DNA of 64,000 bases, taken from contig NC_043012.1 of the NCBI RefSeq assembly GCF_006345805.1, positions 19,592,001 to 19,656,000 of the forward strand, read 5' to 3'. Under the pieces are notes generated by a model that saw nothing but the letters and a program-made list of their open reading frames with translations, ran no database searches and was not told the origin of the DNA. Position 1 is the stretch's first letter, and each line of letters opens with the position of its first letter. Made by a program: the position numbers and the translations under genes. This DNA comes from Octopus sinensis. Taxonomy: Eukaryota. Below, piece by piece: positions 54,587-64,000 of the stretch.

Positions 54587-54651
<65 letters not shown>

Positions 54652-54669
54652 ATATATATATTATATATA

Positions 54670-54749
<80 letters not shown>

Positions 54750-55192
54750 TTCTTACCATTTAGAAGACGTAATGTTTTCAATGTTTGAAGGCGATTGGAA
54801 GGGACAAAGCGAACATTACTTGAGACGAAGTGGTTTTGTCCATCATACTATATTGATTGATTATCTGAAGTAAAGGTCGCTCATAAACGGCTTACCAAGT
54901 TGTATAGTCAAGTAGATCAATTTACTATTTATAAATCACTACACAGGCTTAACCAGTTTAAATAGAAGCTGATTATACCGATGCTGTATAATACCCATTT
55001 CCTACTATATGTCAAGTGATGAAAAAAATTCGACGATGAGGAGCAAAATGGAAGACTATCGATAGAAGGCAACAGAGAGAAGGGTTTTGCAGTGGGGGTA
55101 GATAACATTGCAGCATTCATTTAAGTATATAAGCAATTTAGAATATACATAAATCAACGTATGCGTAAACACACGTGTGTGTATGTGTGTGC

Positions 55193-55267
<75 letters not shown>

Positions 55268-55274
55268 GCAAATA

Positions 55275-55312
<38 letters not shown>

Positions 55313-55618
55313 TATATATATATATGTATATATGCGTGTTCATATGTATACAAATGTATATGTGTGAGGGTTTGTGTGGATATGCGTATGTGTGTATATG
55401 TGTGTATATGTGGGGTGTGTACGTGTCCTTCTGTCCGTAAGTCTGAGAATGTGCAAATAAAATAGACATATACAATCAGTTGATATATATGAAAGATATT
55501 TCAAGAGCTCAGATCTAATTAGCGATAAATTGACGTTTGCCATCAGTTAAATACGTACGTATACAAATACTTAAGCATCCATAGTATCCACAGAAATATT
55601 TTCACAAACGTTTACATA

Positions 55619-56025
55619 GGCGCAGGAGTGGATGTGTGGTAAGTAGCTTGCTAACCAACCACATGGTTCCGGGTTCAGTCCCACTGCGTGGCATTTTGGG
55701 CAAGTGTCTTCTGCTATAGCCTCGAGCCGACCAAAGCCTTGTGAGTGGATTTGGTAGACGGAAACTGAAAGAAGCCTGTCGTATATATGTATATATATGT
55801 ATGTGTGTGTGTATGTTTGTGTGTCTGTGTTTGTCCCGCTACCATTGCTTGACAACCGATGCTGGTGTGTTTACGTCCCCGTCACTTAGCGGTTCGGCAA
55901 AAGAGACTGATAGAATAAGCACTGGGCTTACAACGAATAAGTCCCGGGGTCGATTTGCTCGACTAAAGGCGGTGCTCCAGCATGACCGCAGTCAAATGAC
56001 TGAAACAAGTAAAAGAGTAAAAGAG
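55619..56025 (+). mobile_element. SINE family A, full length
   Basis: GGCGCAGGAGTGGATGTGTGG head through the GTAAAAGAGTAAAAGAG tail. Confidence 0.93.
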
Positions 56026-56254
56026 ATAGGCCCATCTATAAATATATATATATACCTCTACATAACTATATGATTTTCATGATATCATATGATGAGGAAC
56101 ACATTCTTCTTGTATACTGCTGGTTGAAAACACAAGCATAAACTAGAACAATGGTTGAACGAGATTAACTGGACATAGTTTCGAAGCATAATTGAAAGCG
56201 TAGCCTAATATTCTTCAAATGACAGTCGAGTTTGTAAAATAAAGTTTGCTGCTT

Positions 56255-56640
56255 TAGCCACAAGGCGTAAAGTTTGAGGGGAGTGGGCAAATCGATTACA
56301 TGGAATTCAGTACCTAACTGGGACTTACTTCATCGACCTCGCATGGAAGAAAGGCAAATTTGACTTCAGCGGAATTTGAACACAGACCATAGCGGCAGGC
56401 GAAATGCCTATTTCTTTACTACCCATAAGGGGCTAAACACGGAAGGGATAAACAAGGACAGAGAAACGGATTAAGTCGATTATATCGACTCCAGTGCGTA
56501 ACTGGTACTTATTTAATCGACCCCGGAATGATGAAAGGCAAAGTCGACCTCGGCGGAATTTGAACTGAGAACGTAGCGACAGACGAAATACCGCTAAGCA
56601 TTTCGTCTGGCGTGCTAAAGATAACACCACCTCACCGCCT
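56255..56640 (-). mobile_element. SINE family B, two modules
   Basis: GGAATTTGAA anchors at 56371 and 56555 (period 184). The head and terminal module are more diverged than the middle module. Confidence 0.9.
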
Positions 56641-57408
56641 TATACTGACAGTGTGTTAAATAATAAAAACTTTAACCTGAGAATAGCATAAAATGATATG
56701 GTAAAGGTGCTAGGAATGTTTTTGGGGAAACTCTGTTGCAACAGTTGGCTTAAGCTCAAATTCGTAAGACTTAGTAACATTTGTTGTACATCAGAGATAA
56801 TGGGAACATAAATTAATTTATTGCCAAAGAACCTAATTTCTGAAAAAAACTAATTATCTAAACTTGTTATATTTTAAGCTGGCAAGTAGAGGACTTGCAG
56901 TGTATGATGGCCAACAGGAATTGTGTACCATTAGAATTAAACCAAGTATTCAAGGAAAAACATGTTCTCTACAAATTTTGTTTTCACGACGTAGAGATCG
57001 GTTACGTTACTGAGCTTTTTTTTAAATGGTTCTCAAAAATTATTGTCTGTCAACTTCTTAATTCATAACGATATATGACTATTTATGTGAAAGTGTGTCT
57101 GTCTGTGTCAATGCAATCAACTGAAATTACCATTCAAATATTCATGTGACATTAATAGAAAATATGTCCGCCTCGGAAACGTTAGGAGAAAGTGAATTTG
57201 ACAGCAAAATATCTGTCAGTTTTCATTCGTTAAATCTGCCCATTGTAGTACAAAAATAGTTAGATAGTTAGTTCGAGACACTTTATTGTGAGGAAATTGA
57301 ATATACATATACGACTACATAGAATCGGGCATTCAAATACTGACTCATACACATTCACGCACACATATATACATATATGTAAATATGTATATATGCGCAT
57401 ATACACAT

Positions 57409-57461
<53 letters not shown>

Positions 57462-57489
57462 AACACACAAACACACACACACACATGTA

Positions 57490-57590
57490 TCTTTTATCTT
57501 TTACTTGTTTCAGTCATTAAAGATCGGCCATACCGGAGCTCCACCTTGAAGAATTTTTAATCGAATGAATTGAACCCGTACTTAAGTGGT
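57490..57590 (-). mobile_element. SINE family A-type 3' tail fragment
   Basis: TTTTACTTGTTTCAGTCATT..CGGCCATACCGGAGCTCCACC on +. Confidence 0.7.
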
Positions 57591-57904
57591 GGTGAGGAAA
57601 GCACATACAACAAGTCTCATGTGCACATCCCGCGCGCTCGCATGCACACATACACGTAACACACACATATACACTCCAAAATGTAACCACATGTGAACTG
57701 CTGGTGACATTTCCCCACCGTGTCTCTGTTCTCTTGGACTTTCCTCTGTCTCCTGTTTCTAAAGAAGAGCTTACCCGTAACGTTAAATACCCTTTCTTTC
57801 CTTCTCTAACCGTCTTATTAATACTTAGCCTGTATCACATCCTCCCGTTGCTTTTTTTTTTGTTCTCGTTTTCTCCGATTTGATTTTATTAATTATGTAT
57901 AAAT

Positions 57905-58170
57905 CGTTATCTTTATCTTTATCTTTATCTAGTTTCAGCTCACGAGCTGAGGCCATGCTGGGGCACCGCCATTTGGGGTTGCTACATGATTTTACTTCAC
58001 GAATGCTTTTTAGCAATTGCCATTTGGTGCATGAGAGAGTTCGATGCAGCTGCCCTCATCTGCACCTCCTGCCGTGAAGTTGGTTCATCTGGGACACCTA
58101 ACTAGAAGAGATCCAGTTTTATTTTAAAGACATCTGCATCCACCACATGCAGGTCTCTCAGGTTCTTCGG
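57905..58170 (-). mobile_element. Retroposon 3' end with (GATAAA)n tail, sharing the SINE A tail motif
   Basis: The minus strand ends GGCGGTGCCCCAGCATGGCCTCAGCTCGTGAGCTGAAACTA(GATAAA)n. Its upstream body is unrelated to SINE A. Confidence 0.6.
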
Positions 58171-58861
58171 GAGTATATATATATGGCGGGCTTTTTCCAG
58201 GTTTCGTCTACCACAGGCTCTACTTGAAATCATATATTCTGTGCCACGCAGTGGAGCTTAATCCATGATCATGTAGTTTGGATGCAAACTCCTGCGCCAC
58301 AAATATATCACACGCGTGGCCTCGTGGCGGTACGTACCGTTACACACACTGTGATGGAGAAGACGTTGAATACGGTTATAAACAAACGAATATAGTCATT
58401 TGGAGACGAACAGGCAAGGGCCATCTGCTACCCCGCTTGCGGCTAATCTTCCTGCCGCTACGCATGAATAAATCGGGTTGTCTTAGTGGCAGTGCGTATC
58501 TAAATTAATTACCCTGTCATCCTAGACATAGTCACAAATATTTTTATATATACTTATACATATCAGCGCATGCTTGTATATATACACACATATTTTAACA
58601 TGTACGCATACATATGTATATATGTGTATACGAGTGCATATTTATACGTAGAATGTATGTGAAATTCGCACGAAAATATTTTATGTCAATCTCGTTTTAT
58701 TCTGAGAGATCTTGGTTATTGTTGAATTGTTTATGCGGCAGCAAAAGGGAAATTTGAGACTTTCAAAATGCAGTGACACAGGGTTACAAGAATACAATTC
58801 CTATATAGACACACACAACCATACATAAACATACAGCCCAAACATATTTTATTATCTAAAC

Positions 58862-59019
58862 ATTGGCGCATGTTTAGTTGTGTGGCAATAAGCTTATTTT
58901 TCATCCATATAATTCCAGGTGCAGTCGGCTGCGTGACACCTTCGGAAAGTGTCTTCTACTGCAGCTCGGGCCGACCAAAGCCTTGCGAGTGCATTTGGTA
59001 GACATATATAAATACATAT

Positions 59020-59070
<51 letters not shown>

Positions 59071-59322
59071 GTATGTATGCATTTATGATGTATGCATGTA
59101 TTTATATGGGGGGGTATGTTTGTGTTTGTACCCCCACCATCGCTTGACAACCTATGTTGGTATATTTACGTCCCCGTAACTTAGCGGTTTGGCAGAAGAG
59201 ACCTATAGAATAAGCACCAGATTTACAAAGAATAGGTCCAGGGGTCGATTTCTTCGCCTAAAAGGCGGTGCTCCAACATGGCCACTGTCAGTTGATTGAA
59301 ACAAGTAAGAGAATATAAGAAT
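58862..59322 (+). mobile_element. SINE family A, full length with an expanded internal microsatellite
   Basis: Diverged head, GGAAAGTGTCTTCTAC..GGGCCGACCAAAGCCTTG, an (AT)/(ATGT) tract of about 100 bp, and tail GATTGAAACAAGTAAGAG. Confidence 0.88.
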
Positions 59323-60456
59323 GAACTATGTTAACAAACAGTCGAGTTTTATGAACAACTCTGTAATTATATTTCATTTAAGAACAAGTCCTTGATCCAA
59401 TGTATTTTAACAGTAGTAATTAAATAGCGGAAAGTAATAAACAAGAAATATCCAGTAGTTACTAACCTCAATTCTTAGAATTGTGCTCTTATTTATCATC
59501 AATATAGCTACGACTACTAAAACCCGAACTAAGCAAAACTACAAGGACCCGTGGTGAAATTTTATTGCTAAGAAAATTATTAGTCTGTGATTTGCTTAGC
59601 TGAGGTATTGGTCAAACTAAACTAGCTACGTTTTCTTATGTCTTGCAAGTAATCTCGTAAATTTCATTAAAAAATAACATTTATTGCAGATCGATGATTC
59701 GTTCTTCTTTTACATTTTTACTTATAAAATAATAAAAGCAACTTCACTTAATTTACACTTGATTCAATTTTGTTTTCTTTCTTTGACAACCTTTTAGAAA
59801 TAAATTATATCAAAGATTCATTTATTATTTATTCATTTAGTTTATGACTTTTGTATTAATCGATTTGTGTAGAAGAAAGACAGAATTCGATAGGGAAAAA
59901 AAATGTTATCAGTGATATATATTTTCTTTACGTAAATACAGGAAATCTTTAAGTTAGTTATAAATATATGGAAAAATAAACGACTTGCCTTAAACCGAAG
60001 ATGAATACAAGAGTAAAAGAAAAAAAAAGGAAATGAAAAATAAATATATCTAAACAACTTCTGGTATGATAAATTGATTTAATATTGTTAATGGTTTTGA
60101 TACGTTTTTTTTTCTTCTCAATTAGACAATTAATGGTTGCCACAAAGACGTACAACACTCACTGGATTGCCGCGAGTTCAACGCTACTCTACACTATCGC
60201 AGATTATATTCTATTTTCCTTACTGTGCTGTAGAGAGAGAAGAATCATTCAGCAATCCACAAACAGTCTTATTACCCCGTCTATGCCTAAATTTTCTCCT
60301 AATTTTTTTAAATATGCCTTCACTAGATTTTCCAGTCTGTAATCCCTTTATCTCTTCAACATTGAAAATGCTGAATGCAGTACTTCATGTTTGATACATA
60401 CTTTTCTGCTTTTCATGTAATTACATGTAAGGAAAATATACATCCAACACGTCTTG

Positions 60457-60487
<31 letters not shown>

Positions 60488-60563
60488 ACTTAGATAAAAC
60501 TTAGACATCTTTCGACCAAAGATTGTCTAATAGCACCACCTGATAGGATTATTCGAATCCTGT

Positions 60564-61020
60564 TTAAGTCAAGTTTTGTTCAAGTAGTGAGTTCTTGTTG
60601 GGTGAGTTGTATCCAATTATGGGTGGCTTATCTGGTATTCTTTGAAGGAATCTATCCAGACTCTGTTTAAAGTTGATGGGATCCTTTTCCTCTTTGATCT
60701 CCCTCGGGACAATGTTAAATAGGACAGGGCCTGTTGAGGAAAAGAAATTATGTTGCAGTGTACATGTATGTTGTGATCTTGAATTAGGCAGGGGACGTAT
60801 AGCCCGTGGTCCAAGTCTTGGATGAACCTTGAATCTAATGTTTAGGTCGTTTGGGCAAAGTTGGCGGTATATTTTCCACATCGTACAAATGATGTACCGC
60901 TCACGGCGACGCTGGAGGGAGTAAAGTTTCAAGGCTTTAAGGTGATCCCAATAATCGAGAGCAGCCATGCCTTCAATTTGTTTAGTGAGTGCCCTCTGGG
61001 GTGACTCAATTCTGGAGATG
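60564..61020 (-). mobile_element. 5'-truncated CR1-like LINE 3' coding end
   Basis: ISRIESPQRALTKQIEGMAALDYWDHLKALKLYSLQRRRERY...GPVLFNIVP...FKQSLDRFLQRIPDKP matches the E..QR..T..I.G...L.Y.ERL..L.LYSL.RRR pattern. Confidence 0.88.
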
Positions 61021-62740
61021 TTTTATTTAAAAGCAGCAGAAAATTCAATAAAACCTATTACTCTGAGTTTCACGTTCCCGTTCGTTGGATCGTATATAAC
61101 TTATATAGAGCAACTTAATTTTCATCGACTTAATCATTAACATCTATCATGCATACTATATTAAACCCGTCCTTATCTTTATAACTACCAATATTTTTTA
61201 CACAATCTATATTCCCTGTGGAGAATTTATTTGACAACTTCACTTTGTAGTAGGTTCCCCTTGCACACAATATTAAAAATAGACATTGGACCATGACTGA
61301 TATGCCGAGCTCCTAAAATCCAGTTATGTAGGGTCTATTGCTTTCTTGTTTATTGAACGTGAGGATTTCTTCTACATCGCAAAACAGGATTTGACGCACT
61401 CTCATTCGCACAATATTAACTATGATACTTAACTAAGATGTAAATTTAATTTCCATAACCTCTTTCACTTATTTATCAACAGCCTTTGACACCAATATTT
61501 TCAAAAATGTCCAAGAAAATACATACCAGTCACACACGTTTTTTCAGTTGGCTCTCTCTTTACTACACCAGTGAAAATGGGCTCATTTCTTAGGGTTTGG
61601 GTGTATATTGTATGTAACCCTAAAACCAGTCCCACTTCTATGTTTTGGTCATCTGGAATTACGTTGTTACTCCTGTTTGCACTGCAGTTGGCAACTTGGT
61701 GATATTCAATGAAAAGATAAGCATCTCACTAATCGTAAGATACATATACACTTAATCGGGATCAACATATTATTTTGCTCTCCACTTCGTTAAACAACGC
61801 CGGAACTTCACAACTTTTCATTATGGTAAATTGTGGTGATAGAAAGCGATAGATTATATAGGTTTCGCATACTTTTCAGTGTATACTGCAGTAGATCCTG
61901 AAAACACAGAAAACTGGACACTAGGACTTGATAGGTAATACGTTTCTTACATAAGTCCGAAAGGTAAAGTGGAGGTGAGTAATATGTGAACTCAGAACGC
62001 AAGTCCCAAAAATAATAACGTGACATTACCATTCAGTTACTCCCTCAGTTTTCAGTTATATATTTTTATATTTCAGGACGGTCTTTCCTTTGTCCTTTTT
62101 TTTCTTTGCATATAAACACACGCACTATATATTCATTCAACACTTCTTCATATCTGTTCTTATTTTAACTGACATGCATTGTCCGGAAATCCTTCGTCAC
62201 ATGTGTGTTATCTGTTCAGTGAAACTTTCCGTCCTCCTGTATGCTCCTGCTTAGTTCATTCTGTCCTGATTTGATTGCATGGTTCGCCCTGCATATGTCT
62301 CTATATGTGTGATTGTCTAGAACTTCCATATCGGTTGTTTCTTACGACTGATGTCTTTCCTTTAGGTTGTTACAATCCGGTTTGTCTGATAACACAATAA
62401 AAAACATCCGCAACACGTTATCATATTGATCGAAATTTTAGGGAAAAATTCTCTCTTCTTTTAGAGATTTGTAGATGTTGAAGATTCAGATTTTCTTCTT
62501 TAGTCAAATTCTAAAATTTTGTCTTTCCAATTCTTGGCCAATATCATTAATATACGTGGCACTAGAATGTATAGTTTTCAATGTCATGTGTGTTTATGCC
62601 TTTTTTAAAGATGCATTATGCTCCTTGGAAGGTTAATTATGTATATATATGTGTGTGTGTGTGAGTGTGTATATGTGTGTGTGTGCGTGTGTGTGTATAG
62701 ATTTATGTTTATATTTATATATACACACAGAAAAACACAC

Positions 62741-62782
62741 GACGACGACGACGATGACGATGACGATGACGATGACGACGAC

Positions 62783-62846
<64 letters not shown>

Positions 62847-62900
62847 TTGATGATGATGATGATGATGATGATGATGACGATGATGATGATGATGATAATA
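62741..62900. repeat. (GAC)n grading into (GAT)n trinucleotide tract
   Basis: Directly visible. Confidence 0.97.
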
Positions 62901-63459
62901 TTATAATAATGTGTTAACAAACAAGATAAGGACAAATATCCGTCAAATGCAAATACTGTAAGTAAGGAATGGAAAACGTTTTTGAATGTGGACGAAGAAG
63001 TATGTTTCTTCTCCGTCTCTTACTTTCTTTCAATATACTGAATGCTTTGGGTTACGAATTGATGTCGATAGATGAAGGTAAATATATTTTATACTTATAT
63101 ATATTTTCTTAAAATATGGTATATACAACTGAAGATCAGAAAATGTGCTTCTAAATGAAGTTAAATTTTTAATTGATTCATGGAGTTTTTACATTATCGT
63201 GAAACTAGATTTGCATTCACTGCAGTAACTAATAAAATAGACTTCATCTATCACGCCCACTTTCAATATTTTTCGTACCAATCAGAAATGTCCTTTTGAT
63301 TTCATTTTATTTTCATTTTAAAAACAACAGCCATGGAATCCCCAGACGCAACAAAAAATAACGCGCTGGAATTTTGACGAAATAAAAGTGAATTTCTAGT
63401 AAGACTTCTGATGAATGAATTAGTGATGGCAAGTAATTCCCATGTATATATATATACAC

Positions 63460-63850
63460 ATATACGAGGTCAACACGCAGTGAGGACTGGCAGGGGCATT
63501 CATGAGGTAGTGTGTCAAGTGACATCACACTGTTTACTTCGCAAGATGCGAATGGTTTTCTTTTATGATCACGTGTATCATGTAAGCTGGGATTTTGTCA
63601 AGGACAGGTAGATGAAACAATGTGCCAATATTAAATTTGTCGTTATATTCAATTTAAGACGTCTACTACAGAGACTTTGAGCCTGCTTCGGTTAGCTTAC
63701 GGCGAGAAGGCCATGTGCGCAATGTTTCGAGTAGCACGGATACTCCAAAAGCATAACATCTCTGGAAGACGATGAGCGATTTGGAAAACATGCTACGAAC
63801 TTCATACCCACAGATGTATTGTGCATCGTGAATTCGGTCCCCCAGGCTAG
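63460..63850 (+). mobile_element. Mariner 5' fragment, related to the 33045-33990 family
   Basis: KQCANIKF..STTETLSLLRLAYGEKAM..TSLEDDERFGK corresponds to EQRxNIKFCxKLGKSATET....AYG..AM...EDDERSGRP. Confidence 0.7.
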
Positions 63851-64000
63851 AGCTGCAATATAGTAAAATTTATGTATACCCCCAAAAAGTATATATATAC
63901 ATATATATATATTCCGAAAAAACTTTTCTTTCCCGAAATGCAATTCGTAAAAGTCTGCCATTTACCGGATGTAATATATATATATAAACTCACCCATGTG

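Noticed and set aside
54764-54869. Candidate + strand exon [22 protein letters not shown] (MORN-like FEGDWK)
   Set aside because: It does not fit the MORN consensus beyond five residues, the donor is weak, and splicing from the 22668 candidate would create a stop.
60163-60227. Minus-strand exon with a strong acceptor and a GTGAGT donor
   Set aside because: All three frames contain stops. Similar isolated splice-like motifs (near 5460, 13215, 63994) are expected by chance.
62618-62935. Poly-Asp, poly-Met and poly-Ile ORFs
   Set aside because: These are translations of the (GAT)n tract.

Overview
AT-rich, microsatellite-saturated eukaryotic DNA, most likely from an octopus (inferred from two abundant tRNA-derived SINE families I recall from Octopus sequence; not database-checked). 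No host protein-coding gene is confidently recognisable. The window is a transposon graveyard: a ~2.2 kb degenerate interstitial (TTAGGG)n array fused to an R4/Dong-clade retrotransposon fragment, about 20 SINE copies, LINE fragments (CR1-like, RTE, I/Jockey-like, R4/Dong, Penelope), five decayed mariner-type remnants and a nearly intact DD41D (rosa/Visitor-type) element with 49-bp TIRs. It also holds several large fold-back hairpins or MITEs and local duplications. Nearly all ORFs in the supplied track are artefacts of simple repeats or antisense TE sequence. The most unusual structures are the telomere-repeat/R4 junction, a SINE family built from a variable number of 184-bp B-box modules, and a set of long hairpins. 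TE family calls rest on peptide motifs I recalled from memory, and boundaries of decayed elements are approximate.
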